From the NCBI GenBank assembly GCA_009859145.1, contig VRVR01000029.1, positions 248,292 through 312,291 on the forward strand: a DNA stretch of 64,000 bases. The letters are read 5' to 3'. The notes beneath the pieces are model-generated. The model saw only the letters and a list, made by a program, of their open reading frames with translations, ran no database searches and was not told the DNA's origin. A program made the position numbers and the translations under genes. Below, in pieces: positions 48,676-58,671 of this stretch (position 1 is its first letter; each line of letters opens with the position of its first letter). The DNA comes from Andalucia godoyi And28 (Eukaryota; Protista; Jakobida).

Positions 48676-51624
48676 TTACACAACGGGTGGGTGGGACGAT
48701 AGCTGCTCCACAACAACGGAAGAATACCTTTCTCCCAGCTCGTCTTGCAATTTCTTCAGAGCACGTGCGACAACATCCTGAATCTGGCCGTTCACGATCG
48801 GATCGACAGTTCTCATCAAGTACCGTTTGCGGTTCTGAACATCTAGATCGGGAAATGCCGAGCTTCCAATTTCATCATAAATCTCCAAGCCTCCGATTGT
48901 GTACGCGTCGTCGGGTTTGTGCTCCTCATCGTCTTCTTCCCACATGTCGCCTTCATTCAAATACTTCATTCGCGATTCCAACTCCAACGCAAGCCGCTGA
49001 GGCATCTCCGGGCTGTTCCAAATCGCGGCGGTCTGTTCAACAAACGCAAAGACAGGGAGGATGCTTTGAGAAATCAATGCAGCATTCTCAGAGGCATGAA
49101 ACACAAGAAAATCCAGCAGTGCAAAGCAAAAGGATTTTCTCGTGCACGGGGTGGGTGACACGGCAGATTGACCCAAAACAAATGCGATTAGATCCTCCAA
49201 GCGAACGTCTTTGACAAGTTTTTCAATGACACCAGGGTCCAAGCAAACAGATCGACACATCATTTCCGTCAGACAAAGGACAGGCTTGAATGAGCGGGAG
49301 CCGATGGAAGAAAATAGGAGAAGCAGATCATCTACCGGTCCCGAAATCGTCTCGAGAGAGCGAATGCCCGACATTTGAAGGATCATCAGTAAAACATGAT
49401 ACACGGAGCACCACGACAACAGAGACACGTCATCCAGATACTTCATCAGGCAGTGCAAAACAGAATATATGGACTGACCAATAAACTGAAGCTGTGAAGC
49501 ATCGTTGATGGACAAGAGGTGCAATTCGCAGATTCGCAACACGTGCGGCGCTTGCTCGGAACCGAAAGAAATGCTTGGAAGAAGAGACAGTACGCGGATG
49601 TCTTGTTCGGAGACGGTCGGCGAACGTGCACGGAGGACTGCGGACCACAGATCTAATGATGGGTCCAAAATGTATGCAGAAAACACCGGATTCGCGTGGT
49701 CCGACAGAGACCAATGCAGAAACTGAAAGCACACATGGAACATTGCCGAGGTCAAGTACGGGATGTTCTCAACAATGGATTCCAAACACATGAGAATGCT
49801 TGCCTGCATCATTGGAGAATGTGCGTGATATCTCCACAGGGCAGGAAGGACATTGCAAACAAAAAGATCAAGGTCGGTCGAACCCCTGGACGGACAGCGA
49901 ATGAACAAGACCTTAAGCGTGGACAGAATCTGAAAGTGTGACTCCGGAGACAGCAGCAATTCAAACTGCTGCGTGAGTACGCCAAGAAAACTTCCAAACG
50001 ACTGTTCGATCAAGGATTCTTCAAAACCAACATCGTCCACAATCTCCCGTAGGGATCTGCAGGCGGCGAGACGAACGAGAGGATGCGGATGAGACAAAAC
50101 ATGCTGCAAAATCTGCAGGCTAAGCACTCTCGTATCCTGTGTATATTGATCGGAGAACTTTCCGATGGTCTGCACAATTCGACGGATGTTTGCCGAGGAA
50201 GCGGACGTCGCACACTGATGCTGTAAGGGCCCCGCAATCAGTGACGGAAACAAAACACTGATATCAACAGCATCGTAAAGAAACGACGATACCAGATTCA
50301 GAGCACGGTAAAACGACTCCTGATGGCAATCCGCTAGCACGACCGACCCCATCGACACTTTCTGCACCAGCTCCGCGAACGGGCCTTTACAATCCTCTTC
50401 AAACAGCAAGAAAAGGGAGTTCAAAAATCGGTCCGCCGCTGCCCCAAACGAAACGTCGCCGGTCTCGCGCTCTTCCTCCTCGGCAAACTCCTCCGGATCG
50501 GAATCCATGAGCCCTGCAAAATCTGAAGGCACCGTCATCAAGTCAAATATGGCAGCTCGAAGAAGGAATTCCAGCTTATCGCGGCTTCCAAAGTGACGCT
50601 GCAGTACTGAAAAAGCAAACATCTCTGTATCCGTCCCGTCGCAGTAGCTCGAAGGCCGGTACTGAGGGGCTGCCAGAATGGATGCCACCAGGTTCAATGC
50701 AAGTAAATACGACCTTTTCGACTCTTCTGTAGGATGATGGACGGTTGATACATTCGATCCAAAGAGAAACGGTATCAGGGATTGGAGAACTGAGTCGACG
50801 AAAGGCAGGAACAGCAAAGCGCTCTTCTGGAACGCATTTTGCAGCATCTTCAGCACATAAACTGCACAGCCGCGGGTTTCGCTTGCAAAAACCAGTGGAG
50901 ACAGTGAAGAAATGCACGACTTGAAGAATAGCTCACAGATTCCGCCATCAAGATAAGCACTGAATCCGTGAATGGCCAATGTACGTGCGCATTTGGTGGT
51001 GAATCGGACCAGCTGCTGCACGGACTGCAGACGCAGATCTCTCTTCATGGCAGCAGACCAATGCTTGTACACAAACTCCAGGATCTTAGGCGCCATGGAC
51101 TCAAAGTCGGTGATATGCCACTGGAATCTTCGCGACGCGAGTTCTATCAAAATGTGGTGCAGCAGCATAAAGCACCGGCAAACCACAGATACACTCCCAC
51201 TCGCGCAATCTATCCGTTCTGAAATGTCACCAAGCAGAGTTCCCCATTTCTCTGGAAAGTCAAATCGAGCAATCTTTGCGATGGCAATGAACATCTGCGT
51301 GCAGAGTCGCAGGTCCTGGCTGTCGCCGAGGAAGACAGCCGAGGGCGAAACCAGAGTCTTGCGAATCCGATCTCGGTCCGCCTCCGATATAATAGAGCCC
51401 ATGCTGTTTCCCCATCGCTTATGCACGCTATTCTTGAAAAAGATTATGGCGGCCAACCGAATGTCGCTTGGCACAAAGCCATTGCCCGCGATCTCCAAGA
51501 GAACCATTAGAAATCCCGGCGTTTGTTCTAATGCGGACAACTCTGCTTCCGCGCGTTGCCGGATGGAAGCATCCGCAGAGAAGGACTGCTGGATCGCCAA
51601 CAGGACCGGCTCCGACGTATCCAT
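48676..51624 (-). CDS. IPO11: Importin-beta family karyopherin, importin-11/Kap120-like
   Basis: IBN_N 'IRQRAEAELSALEQTPGF…IRLAAIIFFKNSVHKRW', 'IAKIARFDFPEKW', acidic loop 'DSDPEEFAEEE'. Confidence 0.82.
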   Translation of the reverse strand: MDTSEPVLLAIQQSFSADASIRQRAEAELSALEQTPGFLMVLLEIAGNGFVPSDIRLAAIIFFKNSVHKRWGNSMGSIISEADRDRIRKTLVSPSAVFLGDSQDLRLCTQMFIAIAKIARFDFPEKWGTLLGDISERIDCASGSVSVVCRCFMLLHHILIELASRRFQWHITDFESMAPKILEFVYKHWSAAMKRDLRLQSVQQLVRFTTKCARTLAIHGFSAYLDGGICELFFKSCISSLSPLVFASETRGCAVYVLKMLQNAFQKSALLFLPFVDSVLQSLIPFLFGSNVSTVHHPTEESKRSYLLALNLVASILAAPQYRPSSYCDGTDTEMFAFSVLQRHFGSRDKLEFLLRAAIFDLMTVPSDFAGLMDSDPEEFAEEEERETGDVSFGAAADRFLNSLFLLFEEDCKGPFAELVQKVSMGSVVLADCHQESFYRALNLVSSFLYDAVDISVLFPSLIAGPLQHQCATSASSANIRRIVQTIGKFSDQYTQDTRVLSLQILQHVLSHPHPLVRLAACRSLREIVDDVGFEESLIEQSFGSFLGVLTQQFELLLSPESHFQILSTLKVLFIRCPSRGSTDLDLFVCNVLPALWRYHAHSPMMQASILMCLESIVENIPYLTSAMFHVCFQFLHWSLSDHANPVFSAYILDPSLDLWSAVLRARSPTVSEQDIRVLSLLPSISFGSEQAPHVLRICELHLLSINDASQLQFIGQSIYSVLHCLMKYLDDVSLLSWCSVYHVLLMILQMSGIRSLETISGPVDDLLLLFSSIGSRSFKPVLCLTEMMCRSVCLDPGVIEKLVKDVRLEDLIAFVLGQSAVSPTPCTRKSFCFALLDFLVFHASENAALISQSILPVFAFVEQTAAIWNSPEMPQRLALELESRMKYLNEGDMWEEDDEEHKPDDAYTIGGLEIYDEIGSSAFPDLDVQNRKRYLMRTVDPIVNGQIQDVVARALKKLQDELGERYSSVVVEQLSSHPPVV

Positions 51625-52145
51625 TCTATTTGATATTGTGTCGCCTGGATGATGATGTGCACAAAAAAATAAAATAATGAAGTATATGAAGATAGTCTGG
51701 ATTTTTTTCTCCCGATTTTCATATTTGCACGGAATTTACGAGTACAGTAGCTGTGATTGGTGCGTCAGCGATCCAGAGCACCAGGGCAAATTGGCTCTAA
51801 TTGGTACTGCTGCATGACAATCGATCCGGCATGCGGCATGCGCACCGTGGACACCACCGAAGTGTCGGAGTGCATCATGCCACCACGCAGTCTGCATGTC
51901 TCGGACGTGCACTCCTCCGAGAAGACAAAATGACGCCCGACGGTGCGAACTGGCGAGGAGGTTTCTTTCTTCTTCTTCTTTTCCTGCGCGAACGACATTG
52001 AAGCTTGAAAAGATGAACACTGAAAAGCAAGTGCCGCTGGTGGTGGTGAGTACTGTCCTAATTTGTGCTCGCTTCGCAAAAAGAGAAGATCCAACGGAAA
52101 GCCCACACGATTCATCTGGGAAACGGCAGCGTTCAGAAACAGGAG

Positions 52146-52583
52146 CTATGTACGTGTCTCGGTATTGAGATGTGCGGTTTTCCTTCGTTTGACAGTCTTT
52201 TCGGCAGAAACGTCAAGACGATGCCGGTGAAATACAATTGTCTTTGACACTGCAATGGCTTGAGATTTGGAAGTGCTGTCGACGACAAAGATCGTTCCAA
52301 GAGGTGGATTCTGCGGAGACGTCCCAACATACAAGTCCGAGTTGACTCTTGCCAAGGGTGTTTCGTCCAAGATGTTGCGGACTGCAAACATGCGTAAAGG
52401 AGGAACCACCACCGACTTGTCTGTCACTGGAGCTTCCTGGTCTGGGAATCGACACAGCACGTAAAAAGCCTCCGTCTCGTCCTCATCGGCAGTTACAGGT
52501 CCAATGGCAGCAGAACCGTCATTGCTCGGCGCAGGAGCAGCTAGTAGAATCTCTCGTTTCCGATGCATCCCTGGTTTCTCCAT
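52146..52583 (-). CDS. GTF3C6: TFIIIC subunit 6 (GTF3C6/Tfc7 triple-barrel)-like
   Basis: Acidic lead-in 'DEDETEAFYVLCRF', then 'RNILDETPLARVNSDLYVG…LGTIFVVD', matching the TFIIIC_sub6 pattern (by eye). Confidence 0.6.
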   Translation of the reverse strand: MEKPGMHRKREILLAAPAPSNDGSAAIGPVTADEDETEAFYVLCRFPDQEAPVTDKSVVVPPLRMFAVRNILDETPLARVNSDLYVGTSPQNPPLGTIFVVDSTSKSQAIAVSKTIVFHRHRLDVSAEKTVKRRKTAHLNTETRT

Positions 52584-52675
52584 GTGTTAATCCATCTGGG
52601 GGCCTGTTGCCAGCCTTTTCTTTCCTTTTTCGTTTTGCTGTTCAGTTTTCCTTCCCCCCTGACTGAATACGCTTT

Positions 52676-52729
52676 CTTGCACGATAGCCGCTTGCACGAT
52701 AGCCGCTTGCACGATAGCCGCTTGCACGA
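52676..52729. repeat. Perfect 15-bp tandem repeat CTTGCACGATAGCCG x3.6
   Basis: Directly visible, in the divergent spacer between the GTF3C6-like and FYVE genes. Confidence 0.95.
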
Positions 52730-52919
52730 GATGCTGGTGCGCTGTACAGACTACGGATTATGGAGAAAACGCCTTTCCAGCTTGTCTTGGCTTTTCAGCG
52801 CCCTTTGATCTCCATCATCTGCAGGTGTTGTCTTTTCTCTCTCTCTTTGCTTGCTTTTTTCTCCCCCCTTCCCCGCCTTCGCTTTCCCAGTACGGTGTTT
52901 TTCTGATCGGCGCTTCGGG

Positions 52920-53621
52920 ATGTCTCGTCGTGCCGTTTTGTTAAGACCACCTACATGGATTCCGGACGAAGATGCAAAGACATGCATGTTGTGCAGCAAA
53001 CCGTTTTCGTTTTCTCTTCGCCGCCACCACTGCCGTGCATGCGGACGAGTAGTGTGCAACGTGTGTTCGTTGAAACGAGTGTTTTTGTTTCGGTTTGATC
53101 TGCGTGAAAAAAAAGAAAGAGTATGCGATAAATGTTTTGAAGTAGAGGTGAACCGGATACACGCTGTTGACGTCTTCATAGAGACACACGTTCCGCTGCT
53201 GAAGAATGGCGGAGAGTTCATGCTGCACGACGGGGTAGGGCTTCCGAAAGCACGGTATCTGAAGCTTTCCGCTGACTATGGGGAGTTGCTCGTGACGGAA
53301 CTCACAAGCGTGAATGCTGTTGATCGAGCAGAAAAGTTTGCGGTCGCCAGTCTACTGCATGTTAAAGAAGGTGTGGAGTCGGAACACTTTGAAAAGGCAC
53401 TGTCCTCGGATATGGCGAACATTTTTGTTTTCTTTTCGCTGGAGTTTTCACACAATCGATGCCTTGACCTGGAAGCACGCGACGAGAAGCATGCAAGACT
53501 CTGGATTCCGGCTTTCAAATCACTGATTCAAACAGTGGAGTTTCTTCACGAGGAACGGGTTTCGTGGACGGACTTGCGAGACCATTTACTCCTAATCAGA
53601 CCGGACGAGATCGTTATCTAG
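52920..53621 (+). CDS. FYVE zinc-finger protein with a C-terminal PH-like domain
   Basis: 'WIPDEDAKTCMLCSKPFSFSLRRHHCRACGRVVC…RVCDKC' is a canonical FYVE. The C-terminal 'LLKNGGEFMLH…ARYLKLS…LDLEARDEKHARLWIPAFKSLI' is PH-like. Confidence 0.92.
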   Translation: MSRRAVLLRPPTWIPDEDAKTCMLCSKPFSFSLRRHHCRACGRVVCNVCSLKRVFLFRFDLREKKERVCDKCFEVEVNRIHAVDVFIETHVPLLKNGGEFMLHDGVGLPKARYLKLSADYGELLVTELTSVNAVDRAEKFAVASLLHVKEGVESEHFEKALSSDMANIFVFFSLEFSHNRCLDLEARDEKHARLWIPAFKSLIQTVEFLHEERVSWTDLRDHLLLIRPDEIVI

Positions 53622-53629
53622 CATTGTTC

Positions 53630-56600
53630 TCAAAGTGTGCTGCGGAAATCCGTCAGCAGGAATAGTACGTCGTCCACTTCGACGGGTTTGTTGGCTGCGA
53701 ATTGTCGATTGTTCATTTCCAGCCATTGGAATGCGCGATCTACCACTTCCGTGGGATAGTTCTCCCAGATCTTCGGAAATACCTCTCCTACCGACTGGGG
53801 GGATATGAGCTTGAATCCTTGTGATGACCGAGACCTGCTCGTAACTCTTGTAGACAGTATTTGGTGTGTCTGAAGGCAGAAGCGGAATGTTAGATCATCA
53901 ATGTTTCCTTGGTCTACCCCCATCCAGTCTGAGAGACGAAGCAATCGAGCAAATGTTTTGCATCGTTGACATCCTGTCGTGAACTTCTTCATTGCGAAAA
54001 TAAAGTCCACATAGTACATCTCGGCCATGGACCGGATGCCGTACTTGAACAAGTGGAAGTTGTAGGCGAATTCCACGAAGGATGCTCCTTCGTCCTCCCA
54101 GGGAAGCGACGAATTCGCAAACATCTGAGCTCCCTTCTCCATAATTTCCGTGATAGTCATCCGAATCCATTTGAGAGATTTCCCGCGTGGTTCATAGGAG
54201 TCAGTAATGGATTTTTGGAGATGCGAAAGAACAACTTGAGGAGTCTTTTCCACGCTGATTTGCTTTCTCGGCTCCTCTTGCGCTTTTCTTCGTTGCCCCA
54301 GTTCTCTGTTTCCTCCCGCATTCATGTTTGAAACGTGCATCTCAGCGCTTCGAGACGAGCGCCGTCGTGCATAGTGTGATGATCCCTTCCTTGGTACACA
54401 CATTTCGGCATCGGATGCGTCCGCATCTGCATCATAATTCGGCTCCGTTTTCGATGGCATGTCGGAATCTGACGCGGTGTCTTCGTATTGCTGCGGACTC
54501 CTATCCAAGTGAAATCCTTTTTCTGTTGGTCGCCCATCATTATTTTCCGATGCAGATTTTCCCTCCCTCTCCCGCGATTCGCATGCGGGTCCATCCGAGC
54601 TGATAGTGCAGCGGGGAACGGTTTCCGGGGACAATGCCGCCGCGGTGTTCGGGCCCAGCGGGCTTCTGCTGGAAGCTGCAAAGGAGCGTTGATCCACATT
54701 TCTCGACAGCACTGCTTGCTTTGGAAAAACAGATGACGCTGCACTGATTCCAGATGGCGCAAGCTTGCCGGAAGCCTCATGTGGTGCAAGACTCCAGGGC
54801 CCCAGTTCCGCCGGAATGTCCCTTGAAACAAGCTGGGGTGAAGCTGAATTCTCTACAGAGGACAGTGTGCTCTTGCTTGCTCTTGACGCAGGCCGCGGTG
54901 CGATTTGAGAATCGTGGGACATCTCTCTCTGGAAGCCATGGCTTCCGTGATCGTCTTTGTTTGCCATGCCTGTTCCGGCTTGCATTGCGGGAGGAGTGGT
55001 GTGACTGCCCAGTGGCGGGAAGCTTGCAAGCGAGGATGCGGTATCCAGACTCGAATGACGCAAACCACTGGGACTTTGCGGGTTGTTTTCTCCTCTTGTG
55101 GTATCCTGTGGACGCAGTTCGACATTCGAGGCGCTGTCGTCGCGATTGCTTGCCATCAGATTGAGGCTACTCGACTGCGATGGAGCAAGTATGTATTGAC
55201 TATAAACTGTTTGGATCGCAATGTGATGTCCAGGGACACGTCCGGTTGGGGCAACATATGTTTGGGTCTCCACGGGTACACAATTCCTCGGTCCAGAATG
55301 TGCAGCGTCCACGGAACTGCCGGCGGTTCGAGTCTCGCTTTCTTGGTTGCTCAAGATACAACTAGAGGATCGACGCAAGCTCATCGGAGTCATGCGACCT
55401 GCAACCGGACTCAGTGCTCTCTTTTGCGCAGTCGAATCGTAGTGACCGACTACCGGCATCGAAGCTTGCACCCCGACGGAAACGGTTTCCGCACGAGCGG
55501 CCATTCTTTTCCCTTTGCTCTCCAGTCCCTTCCCTTTCTGCACAGCAGTTTCGAAGCTTCCAGGAGACGGAGCATCATGTTGTTGTTCCCGCTGTTCCCG
55601 CTCTTTCGGCATCCCTGTTTTGGTCGTGAGAGTTTGCCGGTCCGCATGAAGCGTGCGTTGGTCTTGCCGCCTTGGAGTTTCAGCATTCCCAGTGGACGAT
55701 CGAGAGCTGTCAGAGGAGCCGCTGCTGAATGAATGCGTCGACGTTAGTTCCGCGAAAGCTGACTGCAGCGATACACGACTTCCAAGCTCGAGAACGCTTC
55801 GACGTTGACTTGCGACTACGTTTCTGTCTCTGAGAGCCGTTTCATCTTCTTCCAGATCGGCCAGCTCGGATTGGAGTGATTGTATTCTCTCGATGGCTTC
55901 TTGGAGTTCGTTCCCAAGCCGCTTGCGTTCCGTGATGACCGACTGAACTTCGATTTCCTTTTTCTTGATTTCTGTGCGCAACGCTTCGATGGTTTTCACA
56001 AACTGCTTCCTCTCCAACGTCAGCCTTGATGCCTGTGATTTAGTGCGCCGGTCCAGCTCGATTAGAGAGGAGAAGAAGCGAGTCATTCCGGAACGAACAA
56101 TGTCCAACAGAATCCCTCTTTCTGCACAGTGGACGAAGACCTGTCTTGTAAGCTCGTTCAGGACAATATTCCAAACCCTCATTTCTTGCTGAATGTCCAC
56201 GGGCTCGCGAGGAATTTCTGAGGGATCCTCGGGTTCCTGCGTGTCGTTCAAAAGCCCTGGCTTGCGTATTCGTTCTAGCAGAATATCAGTAACTTTCGCC
56301 AAGTACAAAACTTCTGCTCTTGACGATGGCTTCGTTGTAGGAAACACTCTTCTTTTCCACTCTTGCAATCCCCCCGGTGTAGCACCGCTCTCCTCGGAAT
56401 CCTTCTGGAAAGCCGCGCTCGTCTCATACACAAATAGTTCTGCGGGTACCTGTGTGTCTGGTATTCTGCCCGTCGATGCTCTGGATACTGCCTCCCAGAC
56501 AGAGGATGGTCGACAGCTTGCCTGTCCTGTCCCAGGAGTCCTTTTCTCGTCAATGGACACCTCTTCAAAACGATACGATGTGTCGAACTCCTTTGGTCGT

Positions 56601-56782
56601 TGGAAGATGCTGAGATCCGTCAGTTTCCGTTTGTTTCTGAACTTCTCTTTGTTAATCCTTGAGCTGACTTCAGCGGAAAGTTCCACAGGAGAAAGAGGAA
56701 ACTGTGGCCTTTTCCCAAAAGACGTGAGCAGTTCTGCCGGAACAAACGTCTTCTCCAGTCCCGGAAGATTGAGCCGTTCCAT
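53630..56782 (-). CDS. AXDND1-like axonemal dynein light-chain-domain protein with coiled coil, long disordered linker and C-terminal helical domain
   Basis: 'FPTTKPSSRAEVLYL…ILLER' and 'WNIVLNELTRQVFVHCAERGILLDIVR' match the Ax_dynein_light domain. First ATG (MERLNL) at 56782. Confidence 0.72.
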   Translation of the reverse strand: MERLNLPGLEKTFVPAELLTSFGKRPQFPLSPVELSAEVSSRINKEKFRNKRKLTDLSIFQRPKEFDTSYRFEEVSIDEKRTPGTGQASCRPSSVWEAVSRASTGRIPDTQVPAELFVYETSAAFQKDSEESGATPGGLQEWKRRVFPTTKPSSRAEVLYLAKVTDILLERIRKPGLLNDTQEPEDPSEIPREPVDIQQEMRVWNIVLNELTRQVFVHCAERGILLDIVRSGMTRFFSSLIELDRRTKSQASRLTLERKQFVKTIEALRTEIKKKEIEVQSVITERKRLGNELQEAIERIQSLQSELADLEEDETALRDRNVVASQRRSVLELGSRVSLQSAFAELTSTHSFSSGSSDSSRSSTGNAETPRRQDQRTLHADRQTLTTKTGMPKEREQREQQHDAPSPGSFETAVQKGKGLESKGKRMAARAETVSVGVQASMPVVGHYDSTAQKRALSPVAGRMTPMSLRRSSSCILSNQESETRTAGSSVDAAHSGPRNCVPVETQTYVAPTGRVPGHHIAIQTVYSQYILAPSQSSSLNLMASNRDDSASNVELRPQDTTRGENNPQSPSGLRHSSLDTASSLASFPPLGSHTTPPAMQAGTGMANKDDHGSHGFQREMSHDSQIAPRPASRASKSTLSSVENSASPQLVSRDIPAELGPWSLAPHEASGKLAPSGISAASSVFPKQAVLSRNVDQRSFAASSRSPLGPNTAAALSPETVPRCTISSDGPACESREREGKSASENNDGRPTEKGFHLDRSPQQYEDTASDSDMPSKTEPNYDADADASDAEMCVPRKGSSHYARRRSSRSAEMHVSNMNAGGNRELGQRRKAQEEPRKQISVEKTPQVVLSHLQKSITDSYEPRGKSLKWIRMTITEIMEKGAQMFANSSLPWEDEGASFVEFAYNFHLFKYGIRSMAEMYYVDFIFAMKKFTTGCQRCKTFARLLRLSDWMGVDQGNIDDLTFRFCLQTHQILSTRVTSRSRSSQGFKLISPQSVGEVFPKIWENYPTEVVDRAFQWLEMNNRQFAANKPVEVDDVLFLLTDFRSTL

Positions 56783-56877
56783 TCTACTGCCCCTTTGCGT
56801 ATCCTTGCCTGAAATCCACAATTCTGTGGCCACCCCTCGTTTTCGCAAACCCAAGAAGACTAATAAACAACAAAAAG

Positions 56878-56949
<72 letters not shown>
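56878..56949. repeat. Compound microsatellite (CT)n-(CA)n in the AXDND1-like/GatB divergent spacer
   Basis: Directly visible. Confidence 0.92.
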
Positions 56950-56953
<4 letters not shown>

Positions 56954-57167
56954 AAGGAGTATGCAAAGAACCGACGTGCCGGAACTCAGAGAATGAAAGC
57001 TCAAAGCATCGAGGCTTTGGATAAAACGTTCGTAATCCTGACGCAAAATTCGGAAGTTGCACTATTGGCATCCTCGATCCGACTTCTTCATTTTGGGAAC
57101 AACTCGCGTCGTCACGTCGCGTCGCACCGCATCACACCGAATCGCATTTATTGGCGCACGGATCGAA

Positions 57168-58628
57168 ATGTTGGGGAAGCGGGGCGTGAAATGGGATGTG
57201 GTGATTGGAATTGAAGTTCATGCACAGATTTTGAGTCGCACAAAGTTGTTTTCGCGCTCTCCGCTGTCTGTCACCAGCGCGGCGAATGAGAATGTTTCGC
57301 TGTTCGATGCGGCGATTCCCGGAACTCTTCCTCGGACAAATATGCATTGTGTGTTCCAAGGAATACGCACGGCAAATGTTCTGATGTCGAATGTCCAGCC
57401 CATTTCAAAGTTCGACCGTAAGCACTACTTTTATGCAGATCTTCCAATCGGATATCAGATCACCCAGCAGTTTATGCCTCTTAGTCGAGGAGGCGCTTTA
57501 ATGATTGGCGCCGGGGACTCTCGTAAACGAATTGGGATCGAGCGAATACAGCTGGAGCAAGATTCAGGACAGTCTTTGCATGACGAGCACCCGCACTTCT
57601 CATTTATCAACTTGAATCGTGCTGGCTGCGGTCTCATGGAAATCATTTCTGAACCTGGCATCGCCTGTGCTTCAGAAGCAGTTGAATATGTGAAGAAGCT
57701 CCAGTATCTGCTCAGGCATGCAGGAACGTGCGACGGAAGCATGGAGAACGGGTCCCTTCGCGCGGATGTGAATGTTTCCGTGCGATCAGCAGGTTCCAGC
57801 GCACTGGGGACTCGCTGCGAAATCAAGAACCTGAATTCCTTTAGGAGCATTGGCAGAGCCATTGAAGCAGAAGCAGCCCGTCAAATTGAGCTTCTCGAAA
57901 GCGGAAAGACAGTGGATCAGGCTACAATGGCCTTTGACGTTGCATCTGGACAGACCCGAGTGCTTCGTTCCAAAGAAAACGCCCCGGACTATCGATACAT
58001 GCCTGATCCTGATCTTCCTCCGCTTCGAATCACGGAGGGGGTGCTGGAGGCAGCGCTGCGTGATGCTGCAGAACACCCGGAGACGCAGATTTCTCGGCTG
58101 CGGAGCACCTTCGGGCTGTCCACCTACGATGTGGAAGTGCTGATGACAGACCCTGCCACTGTTCACTTCTTTGAAACATGTATGCAGCTTGGTCCAAAAC
58201 GAGATCCAAAGAAGGTATGCAACTGGGTTACGTCGGAGCTGTTCGGCCGGCTCCACAAATGTGGCAAGGACATTTCTGGGTCCCCCGTCTCTCCGGAGAA
58301 TCTTGGAAATTTGATTGATGCAGTTGAGGATCGTGTCGTGAGTGGAAAAACTGGGAAGGGAATGCTGGATCTGATGGTTTCAGGAGATACGAGATCCGTG
58401 AAGGAAATGATATCTTCTGGAAATTTACGCATCTCTTTTGAGCCAGAACGTGTTGCCGAATATTTGCGGAGCCTCATCAAGGATCATCCAGCAGAAGTTT
58501 CCGAGTACAAGGCTGGACGAACTCGCGTGTTTGGATTCTTTGTTGGCTCCGCAATGAGGCAATTTAAAGGCAAGGTGGACCCGCATCTTGTCAACAGCCT
58601 TGCGCGAGAGCTTTTGGAGGAATCTTAG
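57168..58628 (+). CDS. GATB: Glutamyl-tRNA(Gln) amidotransferase subunit B (mitochondrial GatB/PET112)
   Basis: 'VIGIEVHAQILSRTKLFS', 'FDRKHYFYADLPIGYQITQ', 'LEQDSG', 'NRAGCGLMEI', 'LRADVNVS', 'EIKNLNS', 'DYRYMPDPDLP'. Confidence 0.96.
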   Translation: MLGKRGVKWDVVIGIEVHAQILSRTKLFSRSPLSVTSAANENVSLFDAAIPGTLPRTNMHCVFQGIRTANVLMSNVQPISKFDRKHYFYADLPIGYQITQQFMPLSRGGALMIGAGDSRKRIGIERIQLEQDSGQSLHDEHPHFSFINLNRAGCGLMEIISEPGIACASEAVEYVKKLQYLLRHAGTCDGSMENGSLRADVNVSVRSAGSSALGTRCEIKNLNSFRSIGRAIEAEAARQIELLESGKTVDQATMAFDVASGQTRVLRSKENAPDYRYMPDPDLPPLRITEGVLEAALRDAAEHPETQISRLRSTFGLSTYDVEVLMTDPATVHFFETCMQLGPKRDPKKVCNWVTSELFGRLHKCGKDISGSPVSPENLGNLIDAVEDRVVSGKTGKGMLDLMVSGDTRSVKEMISSGNLRISFEPERVAEYLRSLIKDHPAEVSEYKAGRTRVFGFFVGSAMRQFKGKVDPHLVNSLARELLEES

Positions 58629-58671
58629 AAGAGACTGGAGTGCTCAGCGGAGGTTCGTTTTTATTGGTTTG

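Noticed and set aside
51736-52115. Short competing ORFs between IPO11 and GTF3C6, including a YHS-like 'IDPACGM' on the plus strand
   Set aside because: The YHS-like ORF is only 39 aa and lacks the FCS motif. The other frames show no recognisable domain.
52676-52729. CRISPR-like array
   Set aside because: The units are contiguous with no spacers, and the context is eukaryotic with no cas genes.
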